64,000 nt of DNA from an uncultured delta proteobacterium (GCA_963789265.1 CAWBKB010000005.1:352001-416000), one strand, 5' to 3'; positions 10,344-20,730 are shown, counted from the first letter of the stretch. Notes: a model not told the origin generated them from the sequence alone. A program made the numbers and translations.

Positions 10344-11042
10344 TTACACCGTAGCCGGATTATGAAACTTGCCATGTTCGGGCGAGTCCACCGGAGACGA
10401 GACGTTTTCTTGAGCCGGAGGACTTAGAAAAATCCCTTTCGAAATCAGTTGCAAAAACAGCTCATACAGGCCTTGGACCTCAACTCTCGCAATGTTGAGC
10501 TTGGCCTCTTTGTTTGTGTGAAATATGATCCCTTTTACATAGGCAGACATTGTATGGACGAGCAACTCTGGGTCGCACTTAACGATCAGGCCCTGATCCT
10601 GCCCTTGCTTGACGATCTTGGTGGCCGTTTCTATCATATCTCTGTTCCACAGACATATGCTCTGCGTCAGTTCCTGCGGTAGCTCGCCGTCGAATTCCTG
10701 GGAATCCAGGGTCCAGAAAAGGCGCATGAAAGACTGGTTATCCCGCGTAAAACAGAACTGAGTATCCATAATTCGAAGTATTTTTTCATCCGGCGGCAAG
10801 TCTTTGTGAGAGATCGTCAGGATCTGCTTGTGGAGCTTCTGAAGATAGTCTTCGAACATTTGAATGAAGAGAGCAAGTTTTGATGGGTAATAGCTGTAGA
10901 CGGTCCTCTTTGTGACTCCGGCATTCCTCGCTATTTCGTTTACAGTGATCGATCCGTATGGCTTATTTAAAAAAATCTCTTCGGCAGCCCTGATGATTGC
11001 CAACTGCTTCAGTTTCTTGTTGTATTCCTTCTTGGTGTTCAT
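10344..11042 (-). CDS. TetR/AcrR-family regulator
   Basis: IIRAAEEIF..YGSITVNEIARNAGVTKRTVYSYYPSK HTH; likely start ATG 11042. Confidence 0.92.
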   Translation of the reverse strand: MNTKKEYNKKLKQLAIIRAAEEIFLNKPYGSITVNEIARNAGVTKRTVYSYYPSKLALFIQMFEDYLQKLHKQILTISHKDLPPDEKILRIMDTQFCFTRDNQSFMRLFWTLDSQEFDGELPQELTQSICLWNRDMIETATKIVKQGQDQGLIVKCDPELLVHTMSAYVKGIIFHTNKEAKLNIARVEVQGLYELFLQLISKGIFLSPPAQENVSSPVDSPEHGKFHNPATV

Positions 11043-11166
11043 CGAAATCTCCCGACCGGGCGAAACCAAAATTCCTTTGCCGGCCCGACTTGTTGAACGT
11101 AATATAAAGGGATCGAGTCGGATGCTTTCACCTAAGAAGACAGCCGGCTTATCGAACCCAACTTCT

Positions 11167-11194
11167 AGTATACTCGTAGTATACTTTATGTCAA
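11167..11194 (-). promoter_or_regulatory. tetR promoter with perfect operator
   Basis: AGTATACT-CGT-AGTATACT (11167-11185); minus strand TTGACA-16-TATACT. Confidence 0.7.
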
Positions 11195-11245
11195 CTCCAC
11201 CTTTGCGCCTGCGGCGGCATTGATTTGGGAGCAACCTCGAAAGCC

Positions 11246-11559
11246 ATGGTGGAATCGAGATCGGCCAGTCCGGCCGACAAGGGATTTATAACGGGAAAGG
11301 AGCTCGAACAAGGATTCTACGGTTTGTGTCAGCGATTCAGCGCCTGATCAAGGAGAAGAAACTCCGGTGCATCCAAATCAAGAAAGGAACGAGGGTGTTT
11401 ACCGAGTAGCTTATTGACGAGTTCTTTCGGCGGGAATCTGGACTTGCGATTTATAGAGGCCCCGTGGGCACCAATGCCTTGGGTCCCCATCCCAATCGAA
11501 ACCCCATGTCCATTGAGGACGCTAGCGAATTCATAAATAAGATGTTGCGAGAATCTTGA
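11246..11559 (+). pseudogene. Decayed excisionase-like HTH gene
   Basis: AIQRLIKEKKLRCIQIKKGTRVFTE*LIDEF resembles the Xis at 31379-31702; one frameshift and an in-frame TAG at 11407. Confidence 0.45.
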
Positions 11560-11661
11560 GCTTCAAGAAGGGGCAGCGAAAGCCATTTCATTGAACTTTG
11601 AGGAGATGCGACGTGTCTCCGAATAGAGAAACCCTCGGAATACATATCCGAAAGGGGCTAT

Positions 11662-11870
11662 TTAGGGACAGAACTCATAATTGAAAAGCTCGATATCGGG
11701 AGCAAAGGTCTTTCTCACGAGCGCAATGCTTTTCTCGCTGTAGAATTTTTGGTATCGCTTGCTTTTGGAAACATTCAGCTTCGGCAGCGTGGCGGAAATG
11801 CCCAAACGAGCACAAATGTGTTGAAAGTCTACCTCCAAATTTTCGAACCGGACCACAAAATCTACTAGGC
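11662..11870 (-). pseudogene. C-terminal fragment of a sulfotransferase family 2 protein
   Basis: VRFENLEVDF..LPKLNVS..YQKFY..FAPDIELFNYEF; N-terminus absent. Confidence 0.6.
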
Positions 11871-11900
11871 CTGACTATACCATTGCCGGTCTTGACGATT

Positions 11901-12167
11901 CTACTGGGGGGCCGGCTCGGTCCATCGGAACACGCGCCGACCCTCCTTGTCCTTAAAAACCCCGCATAGAATTAGTATCAGATCGACCAATGTCCATATC
12001 GACAACCCTCCGAGAGTGAACACCATCAGGATGCCGGTTCCGATTTTCCCCACGTAAAACCTGTGGGCTCCGAATATCCCAACTAGACCGCACAACAGCG
12101 CGGCTACCAGCCTCGACTTGGGTGAGATTTGAGCGCTGTTCACGTTCTCCGTTTCAGATTCATTCAT
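11901..12167 (-). CDS. TM2-domain membrane protein
   Basis: KSRLVAALLC..GIFGAHRFYVGKIGTG..TLGGL.IW.LVDLI. Confidence 0.9.
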   Translation of the reverse strand: MNESETENVNSAQISPKSRLVAALLCGLVGIFGAHRFYVGKIGTGILMVFTLGGLSIWTLVDLILILCGVFKDKEGRRVFRWTEPAPQ

Positions 12168-12859
12168 TTGCCCGTCCCCTCTACGCTGACCATTTTTCAT
12201 AGCCATGCCGCGTAATTAATGATCATTGTATACAAATAATATGCCTGACCGCGACGTCAAGCAACTATCCCGCAGTCCATTTAGTTGACTCTGAGACTCT
12301 GAAAAGCCAAATCTGAAATAAAGAAAATAGGCATGACCCCATTCATGCAATGGGTCGTTGACCTGAAAACAGAGGCACCGATGACGCATTATGGTTACTC
12401 TCCCTGAATTCCGGGATGGTACGACAACGAGGGGACCAGGGGAGTCGATTCCCCTGAATATGGAATTAGTTCCATAGAAGCCTTTACTGTTCCTTCCCAG
12501 TTTTTCGCCTCGCCCGATCACCTGCCCGGCAGTCACGGCTCCACCGATAATGGTTGTGGCAGCGAATATAGGTGGCACCATAAGTTCTGATCCTGTCCAA
12601 TGGCCGTAAACCAAACACCCGTAGAGCCGATATCCTGGCCGGGCCTAATCAGTTGACTTGTTTGTGCCCTATTTTTCACTCACGTAGGTTCGGTGAATTG
12701 GCAACTATGAACCAGATCAATGAGTTTTGGCATGAATCTGGCATTTCCCATTGACTGTGCCCAGCAACAAGAGGGCCGGAACGGGCCAAGATTGCAAAGG
12801 TAAAGGACTCTTTGAATGCAAGTGTTCAGTGGTCGAACAGCATGCACCGTCCCGCGAGA

Positions 12860-13034
12860 CGCGGAATGCGCAGAGCACTCGGAGAAAATATATTGGCTTG
12901 TTTGGCACCACATGAGTCAACCTAGCGCACCCTTGGCAGGCACTGCGCTCACTCTCACAGGCCGCAATTCGCGGTGCCTCATCAGATAGGCACGTAGAAA
13001 AATAGAATTCTCCGCGGTCTCTGCGCTCTCCGCG
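12860..13034. repeat. Inverted pair of ~26 bp REP-like units
   Basis: CGCGGAATGCGCAGAGCACTCGGAGA (12860-12885) vs reverse complement of 13009-13034, CGCGGAGAGCGCAGAGACCGCGGAGA. Confidence 0.55.
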
Positions 13035-13101
13035 GTGAACTATCGCTTTTGAATTTTGGAGAGGCTGTCGATAGGATCTTGGATTCGGGAGTTTACCGAA
13101 G

Positions 13102-13395
13102 ATGCTGAAATACAAATGTTTGCTATGCGGAATAGAATGGGGTGATTCTCAGGCCACGGAAGCTGATATTTCACATGGCTACTGTCCCGCATGCATACGA
13201 ACGAGATACACGCAGAGAATTCACGAGGCACAACTAAGAGCCGGTTACTCTGATTGTTTTAACAGGGGTTACAATGACTGTTCGGAAGGGAGTTGCCGCT
13301 ATCGGGCCGCATGCCAGGAGGATTCGGTGGCTAGCTGGAAGAAGAGGCTACTTCAAGCGGTTCATAGTCGGGAAACTGAGGTTCATGGTCTGTAG
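13102..13395 (+). CDS. Small Cys-rich putative metal-binding protein
   Basis: CxxC..SHGYCPAC plus four more Cys; RBS GGGAG. Confidence 0.7.
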   Translation: MLKYKCLLCGIEWGDSQATEADISHGYCPACIRTRYTQRIHEAQLRAGYSDCFNRGYNDCSEGSCRYRAACQEDSVASWKKRLLQAVHSRETEVHGL

Positions 13396-13860
13396 AACGG
13401 CAGCCATACTGATAATACTGAACCTCTGCCCTTTTGCTATTGCAGGTGATAGTTCCTATTGTCTATTTGGCCATGCGCCTTATCCTCCGGCTCAGGAGGC
13501 GGTACAAACTATGCCGGGATTGGGAATGTTTGTTTACGGCGATTGCTCTGCTTCTCATCCCCCATGCAGAGTGTGGCATAAGAGTTACCAAATTCGGTTG
13601 GCTGTGGGATCAGGTTATAAGGTGAAGCAATAGCGGCAGGAGTTGATTGCCTGTTGCTTTCCTGCTTCAGGAATCACTCAGGATTGATTGCACGAGACCG
13701 GCGCGGGTTTGTCGGCAAAAAAGCGCTCACCGCCTATTATTGGTTTTCGTAAGTACGGTCGCGAATTTTCCCGGTAACGCTTGCTTTCCTGCGGAATGCG
13801 GGAAAGCAAGCTTCTTCCGGACCGATTTCCTAACATCATCGTTTTGGCAAGAAGCAGTAC

Positions 13861-15606
13861 TTAGTGACCCAATATTTGCGACTCTTCTGCTTCGGCCTCT
13901 TTCTCACCCATTATATTTTCCAGACTTAAACGCCGATCAATTCTCCCCACAAGGGATTCAAGCCTGTCCATACGGAGTAAGTCTCTGACATGACCCTGTG
14001 CACCTACCAATTTCAGTTTAATCTCCTCCGAGGACAATTCCTCATACAGATTACGCAGCATTTGAGCGCCTTCAAGATCGACATGGTTCGAAGTTGACAA
14101 ATCAAACACTACAAGTTCAACTGGAGGATCCTGTGCTCTAACGTGCTCAAGAATATCATTAAAGATATTTCCCACATTGAAATACAAGAGGTCTCCCTCT
14201 ACTCGACACGCAAGAAGGCCCGGAACAGTTTGGTTTTCCGGATGTCGATCAATTCCGCCGAATTCATCGGTTCCCGGAATGCGTCCGAGAATTGTTACCG
14301 TGGGGTGCGCTACCCGACGAACCAGCATCAGAAGCGACACGACCGCGGCTACGAGAACGCCCTTCAAAATCCCGAGAACCAAAACCGCTACCACCGTGAC
14401 AATCGCTACGACGAATTCCGGCTTACTTACCCGCCTCAAATGATTCAACTCGTGAAAGTTGACCAGACTCTTGGCAGCAACCAAAATCATCGCGGCCAGA
14501 ACTGGTTGCGGCAGATTGCGAAACAACCCGGCGAGAAACAACAGTACCAGCCCGCATGCAGAACAGGCCACCAGCATGGACACCGGAGTCTTTGCGCCTG
14601 CGTGCTCATTTACCGTTGACTGGGACAGGCCAACTGCCACGGGAAATCCCTGACCGAGTCCTACCGCCAAATTAGCTGCACCTGCGGCTAGAAGCTCCTG
14701 CCGCGAGTCTATCGAATAGTGATGTTTTGACGCAAACGTACGAATCATGGAAATCCCTTCCACATAGGCCAGCAGAAAGCAGCCGAACGCAATCGGTATA
14801 AGGTCTTCAATGTCGCTTAGACTCAGTGAAGGGAGACCAAAGTGTGGAAAACCCTGAGGCACGGTGCCGATTATTTGGACCCCGTAATCGGAAAGTTTCG
14901 TCAATGACATTACAATAATGGACAGCGCCACAACGATCAAAGGAACTATTCCTTTAGACAGGATTCGCTGCCCGATTAATATTAGAATCAGCGCTCCCAC
15001 GCCTACCGCCAGCGCTGCGAGGTTGGTATTGCCCAAGTTTTGACCTAGGTGATACATACGTTCAAAAAAATTGTAGCCTACCCCTTTGATTCCCATGATT
15101 TTCGGCAACTGAGTGGACGCTATCACGAGAGCTGCACCCAGCCTGAATCCACTGAGAATCGTCTCGGAAATGAAGCTGACGACATCACTCAAACGCAGCA
15201 CCCACGCGAAAAAACCTATGATTCCTGTCAATATGGCTGTAAACGCAGCCATTTCGGCATATCGAGTGGCATCTTGGATTCCCATTGCTCCTAAAGAAAA
15301 CCCGATCATTATTGAAACAGTGGCGCTTGCCGCAACAGCGGCGTGCCGCGAAGTAGTGAAAAAACTATAAATCAATCCGGCTATCAGGAAGGCGTACAGA
15401 CCGTGTTGCGGAGCGAGTCCCGCAAGCGAAGAATTGACGAGTGCTTCAGGAATGGAATAAGCCGCGAGTGCCAATCCGGCTATCAGGTCGAATCTCAACC
15501 ATGACTTCCTGTATGAGGGAAGCCATTCCAAAATGGGCAGGACTGATTTGAGCCAGCCTGTGCCGGAATCGGCAGTAGAATCCTCGCTGTCCGGTACAGC
15601 AGCCAT
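13861..15606 (-). CDS. SulP-family anion transporter with STAS domain
   Basis: DLIAGLALA..IPE, many TM segments, C-terminal STAS (LLYFNV, VVFDLS). Confidence 0.92.
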   Translation of the reverse strand: MAAVPDSEDSTADSGTGWLKSVLPILEWLPSYRKSWLRFDLIAGLALAAYSIPEALVNSSLAGLAPQHGLYAFLIAGLIYSFFTTSRHAAVAASATVSIMIGFSLGAMGIQDATRYAEMAAFTAILTGIIGFFAWVLRLSDVVSFISETILSGFRLGAALVIASTQLPKIMGIKGVGYNFFERMYHLGQNLGNTNLAALAVGVGALILILIGQRILSKGIVPLIVVALSIIVMSLTKLSDYGVQIIGTVPQGFPHFGLPSLSLSDIEDLIPIAFGCFLLAYVEGISMIRTFASKHHYSIDSRQELLAAGAANLAVGLGQGFPVAVGLSQSTVNEHAGAKTPVSMLVACSACGLVLLFLAGLFRNLPQPVLAAMILVAAKSLVNFHELNHLRRVSKPEFVVAIVTVVAVLVLGILKGVLVAAVVSLLMLVRRVAHPTVTILGRIPGTDEFGGIDRHPENQTVPGLLACRVEGDLLYFNVGNIFNDILEHVRAQDPPVELVVFDLSTSNHVDLEGAQMLRNLYEELSSEEIKLKLVGAQGHVRDLLRMDRLESLVGRIDRRLSLENIMGEKEAEAEESQILGH

Positions 15607-16019
15607 TTTGATACCCCCATACGGGCAGTTCCGATGCCCGAGACGGGATCGGAAACATGAATCTGAACCACGAATCCGTTGACAGACGGATTACCGGGAA
15701 ATATTTTTCCAATTTCTCCCTACCATCGAGAAAATGCTACCACAAGCCTGATACGATTTATAGCGGTTCACTAAAATCCCATCCGAATGGTTCGTGTTTT
15801 TGGCTCTTCGCGTAAGTGCGTACCTGACTTGACCACTGAAAGAGGACAAGATTTCCGGCTGTAATTGCGGACGCCTCTCATAGATGATAGCCCACAACGT
15901 GAATTCCTGAGCGCCATACTGGCTGCTTAAATCCTTCGGATCTATCTTGCATCTAACATCATTAGATGACTTGTCTCAAGAGCGGGTGCAACCATCCGCA
16001 GCATAAGGAGGAAAGTCAA

Positions 16020-16310
16020 ATGCCCAGAAAATGGTCTATTATGGCGTTTGTGGTAAGCGGGGTAGTAGCTGCTTTGATTGCGGCGACTGCGGGTCCCGCT
16101 CTGGCGGGCGGGTCGTGTGCATCTTCGTACAGGGCATGTACGGTGAGTTGCCAAGGTGACAATCAATGCGTGCATAATTGTATTAACGCATACGCATCGT
16201 GCAACGCCCAACAAGGTATTACTCTGGGTCCGCCCAAAAACCAACCAACCTGGCACCTCCAACAAAGGTCAAAGATGGGCTGGCCTCCCGGAAAGCCCTT
16301 CGGCAGATAA
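16020..16310 (+). CDS. Small secreted protein with a 6-Cys domain
   Basis: RBS AAGGAGG, signal peptide ending PALA, CxxxxxxCxxxCxxxxxCxxxCxxxxxxC. Confidence 0.7.
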   Translation: MPRKWSIMAFVVSGVVAALIAATAGPALAGGSCASSYRACTVSCQGDNQCVHNCINAYASCNAQQGITLGPPKNQPTWHLQQRSKMGWPPGKPFGR

Positions 16311-16483
16311 GCAACCTGTCAGTGGTGGGTTGCAACCGGTAGCTGGAGTCGGCATCAATCAACCTGGCGACGGCAGTGGCTCCGGCACTACGAAGTTCCA
16401 CGGCTCTCACGTCGGCCACGGGAAACACTTATGTAAGGGCTCTTGTTTCTTCAGCCAAGGTACGCACTTATGCGAAGAACCAG

Positions 16484-16511
16484 AAAAAAGGCCCTGCTGC
16501 TTACAGGGCCT
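16484..16511 (-). terminator. Intrinsic terminator-like hairpin
   Basis: AGGCCCTG-N7-CAGGGCCT followed by a T-run on the minus strand. Confidence 0.6.
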
Positions 16512-16524
16512 CGCTCTTGGTCTC

Positions 16525-16548
16525 TGGTAGGCGCGAGAGGCATTGAAC
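16525..16548 (-). repeat. Degenerate tRNA-Val 3'-end copy (att-like)
   Basis: TGGTAGGCGCGAGAGGCATTGAAC vs TGGTAGGCGGGAGAGGATTTGAAC at 30005 (21/24 identical). Confidence 0.7.
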
Positions 16549-16555
16549 GTCGTTC

Positions 16556-16908
16556 TCACTGAATTGAATTCTTGAGACCAGTGCGCAGGATTTCGATTAC
16601 CGCCTCAATGATTGACTTGAGCGAGGAGAATTCAGAGTCGCAACTTGCGATACAATAAGATCCTGATTGGCTGTGAGGAGCTTCCCTGCCCGGGCATAAC
16701 TGGTGACGCGAAGAGAGCCACGATCAAAACTATTATCAGTTATTTCAAGTGAATGAACATCTCCATAAGGGTTGCTCGTAACCTGACACAAGATCCAGTC
16801 ACCACGGCCGGAATTTGCAAGAACAACCGCGGGCCGCAGCTTCGCCTGTGATAGATCCGAAAAGGGAAAGGGGACAAGCACTACCGCTCCTGCTGTAGGT
16901 GTGACCAC
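16556..16908 (-). CDS. PemK/MazF-family toxin, frameshift near 16628
   Basis: GAVVLVPFPFSDLSQAKLRPAVVLA..LCQVTS; C-terminus LKSIIEAVIEILRTG continues in another frame. Confidence 0.85.
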
Positions 16909-17102
16909 GTCAAGTCTTCCTCCGGGCGGTTCCAATCCTTGGCCAATGCCGCTTCACTGAGTAGAGCCGTTTCATTTACCTGTGCTATAGGTGCGTCTTC
17001 GAGTATGGTTACGAGGGCACGTCGCGTGGAGCCTAGTTTTACAGGTTCCAAGAGTGTGACATTCCCTTGTTCGTCAATTGTGGCCTCAACGGTTCGAATC
17101 AT
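16881..17102 (-). CDS. Putative antitoxin
   Basis: 73 aa, overlaps toxin start, C-terminal LSEAALAKDWNRPEED motif typical of MazF partners. Confidence 0.75.
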   Translation of the reverse strand: MIRTVEATIDEQGNVTLLEPVKLGSTRRALVTILEDAPIAQVNETALLSEAALAKDWNRPEEDLTWSHLQQER

Positions 17103-17271
17103 TTGCTGACCTCCATTCCTATAATGTACGACTCCCGTTTGGTCCGTCGAGAAAAGATTTGGACCTATGCTATAATTCGGGGACACCATATGCAATTCGA
17201 GCTACAATCCGCGAATTAGGTAAGGTGTACTCAGATCCCTTTGATCCCATTGACAGAAAATACTGAGGGTT

Positions 17272-17360
17272 GGGGTCAGGCGAGCTCTTGGCTCATGTCC
17301 GAGAATCGCTGGGCCGTAAATGAAGGCTGCGTGAAATGAGCCAAGAGTAGACTTGACCCC
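17272..17360. repeat. REP-like inverted doublet
   Basis: GGGGTCAGGCGAGCTCTTGGCTCAT ... ATGAGCCAAGAGTAGACTTGACCCC. Confidence 0.6.
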
Positions 17361-17379
17361 TTTTCTTTTCGAATAACAC

Positions 17380-18684
17380 TTACTTGGCTCTGCGCGGCGC
17401 GACTATGAATACCAGAAACACCCCTGCAACCACCATGGCTGCCACCGCATAGAGTCCCGCGTCTAAACTCTTGGTCACGTCCTTGACGTACCCTAACATG
17501 GACGGGGCTACGAAGCCGCTCAGATTGCCAATGGAGTTCACCAGAGCAATTCCGCCCGCAGCCGCAGTCCCGCCAAGAATTGCGGTGGGCACGCTCCAGA
17601 AGATGGATATACAAGACATGATGCCCACCATACCCGCGGTCGCTGCAAGTACCGCCAGCCACGTGCTACCACTAAATATGGCGCTAAGCGCGAGACCGGA
17701 GGCGGCAACGATACCGAAGGCCAGCGAGTGCCAGCGTCGCTCGAGATTTCTATCTGAACTGCGGCCCGCCCATAACATTCCCACTATGGCAAGCGCATTA
17801 GGGATCGCGATCAGCAAGCCGACAGTAAGAGTACTCTTTACTCCGGTACTCTTGATCATTTGGGGAAGCCAGAAGCTGAAAACGTACAAGCCTGCCAGTA
17901 AGAAAAAGTACACCAAACAGAAGACCCATACCCTCCATTCTTTAAAACCATCCCGCAAGGAGTGTATGGTTTTTTCTTTCTTCTCCAACTCAATGTTATG
18001 CTGAAGTACTTTCTTCTCGTCCTCGGTGAGCCATTTGGACGCTGCAATACTGTCATCCAGGTACCACAGTGCCACTACGCCAAGAATCACCGAAGGTAGC
18101 CCCTCCAGGAGGAACAACCATTGCCAACCGGTTAACGCGGACGTGCCCGAAAGAGTCTCCATAATCCAACCGGACAAAGGGCCGCCAATGACTCCCGAAA
18201 CAGGATTTGCAGTTAGGAACATGGCGTATATGTGAGCACGCTTGGTCGGCGGGTACCAATACGTCAGGTAGAGTATAATACCCGGAAAGAAGCCTGCTTC
18301 CATGAAACCTAAAAGAAAGCGGCATACATAGAACGAGTTCGCTGAGTAAGAAAGCAAGGTCAAGGCGGACACAACGCCCCAGCTAATCATAATGCGTCCG
18401 ATCCATCGCCGTGGACCGAATTTTTCAAGAAGGAGGTTACTGGGGATCTCAAAAATGAAATATCCGATAAAGAAGATTCCGGCGGCCAATCCGTAAACCG
18501 TGTCGCTGAACCCGAGCTGCTGCTGCATCTGCAGCTTTGCAAAACCCACGTTCACTCGATCCAAATAGCAAATGACGTAACCCACGAACAGGAACGGTAT
18601 CAGACGCCAGGTCACTTTGGAATACGCCGACTCTTCCGTCGCGGCAGTAGGAATGGCTACCGCCTCAGTCCTTGAAGTTTGCAT
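17380..18684 (-). CDS. MFS transporter, ACS family (TtuB-like organic/sugar-acid permease)
   Basis: YLDRVNVGFAKLQM, FEIPSN, EAGFFPGIILYLTYWYP, GWQWLFLLEGLP. Confidence 0.92.
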   Translation of the reverse strand: MQTSRTEAVAIPTAATEESAYSKVTWRLIPFLFVGYVICYLDRVNVGFAKLQMQQQLGFSDTVYGLAAGIFFIGYFIFEIPSNLLLEKFGPRRWIGRIMISWGVVSALTLLSYSANSFYVCRFLLGFMEAGFFPGIILYLTYWYPPTKRAHIYAMFLTANPVSGVIGGPLSGWIMETLSGTSALTGWQWLFLLEGLPSVILGVVALWYLDDSIAASKWLTEDEKKVLQHNIELEKKEKTIHSLRDGFKEWRVWVFCLVYFFLLAGLYVFSFWLPQMIKSTGVKSTLTVGLLIAIPNALAIVGMLWAGRSSDRNLERRWHSLAFGIVAASGLALSAIFSGSTWLAVLAATAGMVGIMSCISIFWSVPTAILGGTAAAGGIALVNSIGNLSGFVAPSMLGYVKDVTKSLDAGLYAVAAMVVAGVFLVFIVAPRRAK

Positions 18685-18794
18685 TTGACTATCCCCTACT
18701 CGCGAAATGTTTAGTGGCAATCACTCCATTGCTTGGGGTACACCGTCTTCTGCAAATGCGGCTCATAGAAAAGATGGCAAATTCAAGAAGACTC

Positions 18795-20404
18795 GGGTGC
18801 CGCTACTTTCTGTCAGGAGTTATGCGGCACGCGGTAGTTCTTGATCCCGGATCTCGGGAGAGTTTGTATCTTCGATGCCGTAGAGGCGTCGCCTCTCCGA
18901 TCTTCGTCTATAATTCCAAAAGAGATCCCAGTCGTTGTTGATGTGAACGGCCCTCAGGTGGATCATGCTTTCCGCTCCATGGATCGTCCAACTCATCCCC
19001 GTGAGTTCCAATCTGTCGTTGATGAGGTTGCGACATGCTCCTTCAATGACCCCGCTGCCGATGGGATAGCCTTTTGCCAAGCAGATTTCGTACCGCATGT
19101 GCTTGCGGTTTCGTTGGAGATACCCGATGACTTGTTCGATGCAATGTTTCTTGGCGCCGGAGAGTTCCTGCTTGGTTAGCATCTGCTTGAGCCCGCCGAT
19201 AAGCCTGCCGGCCCTGCCGCCCAGGAGCATTCTCAATCTCTCCGTCACGAATTCTCTGGCTTGCGGGCTGCCCTCGTCATAAAAGCAAAGAGCGGCTTTC
19301 CCCAAGTGTTCCAGGACGTGAAAGATGTCCAGCACGAAAAAGGCTGCAGGAAAATATGCGCATACCAGTGCCCAGAGAGAACGCTCTCCGTCCAGGATAC
19401 AGACCAGCTCGTTACCTTTCGGCAATCGCTGTTCGACAGCCTTCTTCAGGCGGGCCACCGTCTTTTCCGAACCATCGGTGAGGCTGCCCCACGTAAGCTT
19501 GTCCTGGGGTTTGGGCCTGGAATCGAAACTACCCTCGTCCGATACCTCACGGACAATGTCGTCCTCCGTGCGGACGTAACGTGGAGTGACGTAGGTGGAG
19601 ATCACGGTTGCCATCTTCTTCTTTCCGGGCTTGTCGGGATCAACGGAGACCCTCTCGGGACCGGCCCCGCCTTCCTGGGGCTTACGAATAACCACCCCCT
19701 TCTTGTCTACGGTAGCGACCGTTACCACAGCATCCGGACAAAGATCCGGCGGGGCCTTCTCTGCGTAGTATCGATCCACCTCGTCGCAGACGTCTCCCAC
19801 AATGCTCTCCAGTGAACGAATTGGCATCCTTACGGGAAAGAAGGAACGAAAAATCTCCTCCGCATCCTCGTAGCTCATCGAAACCGCAAGCCGGGAAGAG
19901 AACTCCTGAACCAGGTATGAATAGCCTCTCTCAGGCAAGTTGATCTCTCCATCCAAAGGAAAGACTCCCGGTGAGCCGGTTGCGTGATAGTAGGCTCTCC
20001 GGATGGATATCGTTCCAAAGATGGACCGATATGCACATCCCCTGTCACGAACATATGGCAATCGATGGCCCTGGGGTTCGATGATCTCCTTGCCGGCATA
20101 TCCGGTCCCCTTTTCAGACACAAATTCTTCAAGAGCCGCTTTCCCGACCGCCATCACCATGGGAAGAAGCTGCCTTTCTACTTCCCCGATTTCCATTCCT
20201 TGCGCTGACTCTCGCACAAAGGCGAGAATCTCATTGACCAGCGAGATTATGTTCGGTATTCCTTGTTCCATATCCGGTCCTCCCCAGCGGATACATCGTT
20301 CGCCAAACGTCATGTACCCCATAAGAGGACCGGAAACCACTCCTTTCTCCGTGCTATCTACTCGTTTTTACTTGAGCCACTCATGACAAGAAATCGCGGC
20401 ACCC
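18795..20404 (-). mobile_element. Intact ISKra4-family insertion sequence (1610 bp)
   Basis: Imperfect TIRs GGGTGCCGCTACTTTCTGTCA / GGGTGCCGCGATTTCTTGTCA; 9-bp target duplication AGAAGACTC (18786-18794, 20405-20413). Confidence 0.9.
18820..20271 (-). CDS. ISKra4-family DDE transposase
   Basis: DKKGV, ILDGE, LDIFHVLEHL, GYPIGSGVIEGACR..DRLELTGMSW. Confidence 0.9.
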   Translation of the reverse strand: MEQGIPNIISLVNEILAFVRESAQGMEIGEVERQLLPMVMAVGKAALEEFVSEKGTGYAGKEIIEPQGHRLPYVRDRGCAYRSIFGTISIRRAYYHATGSPGVFPLDGEINLPERGYSYLVQEFSSRLAVSMSYEDAEEIFRSFFPVRMPIRSLESIVGDVCDEVDRYYAEKAPPDLCPDAVVTVATVDKKGVVIRKPQEGGAGPERVSVDPDKPGKKKMATVISTYVTPRYVRTEDDIVREVSDEGSFDSRPKPQDKLTWGSLTDGSEKTVARLKKAVEQRLPKGNELVCILDGERSLWALVCAYFPAAFFVLDIFHVLEHLGKAALCFYDEGSPQAREFVTERLRMLLGGRAGRLIGGLKQMLTKQELSGAKKHCIEQVIGYLQRNRKHMRYEICLAKGYPIGSGVIEGACRNLINDRLELTGMSWTIHGAESMIHLRAVHINNDWDLFWNYRRRSERRRLYGIEDTNSPEIRDQELPRAA

Positions 20405-20471
20405 AGAAGACTCGTTTGAGTCCATCCATTCTAAGGCGAGAATGAACAGGACCTCCTGCCTCCGGCGCTAT

Positions 20472-20730
20472 TTATGTGGTTATCCCGTCACACCAGATAC
20501 CCATCTCGAAGTACTTGGATTTCCGTATTTGTTCTCAGTTCGCCGTTGGCCATCCTAAGTAGCGGATCGAGCAAATCTTTTGTTAGTTTCTCCATGCTCG
20601 TCCCACTGAACAAAACCCTTGCATCGAAGACCGCCCATTTCCGTTTTCTGGCGAAGATGTCGGTGTTGGTGGCGATCCAGAGAATGGAAGCCGCAAAGCC
20701 CCCCGGCGTGCCGAGACCGGTGGTGAACAT
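20472..20730 (-). pseudogene. Duplicated 3' fragment of uxaA
   Basis: FTTGLGTPGGFAA..ANGELRTNTE..FEMGIWCDGITT* parallels the end of the 23263 gene. Confidence 0.85.

Noticed and set aside
13274..13633. Overlapping small ORFs after the Cys-rich gene
   Set aside because: Cannot tell which frame, if any, is coding.
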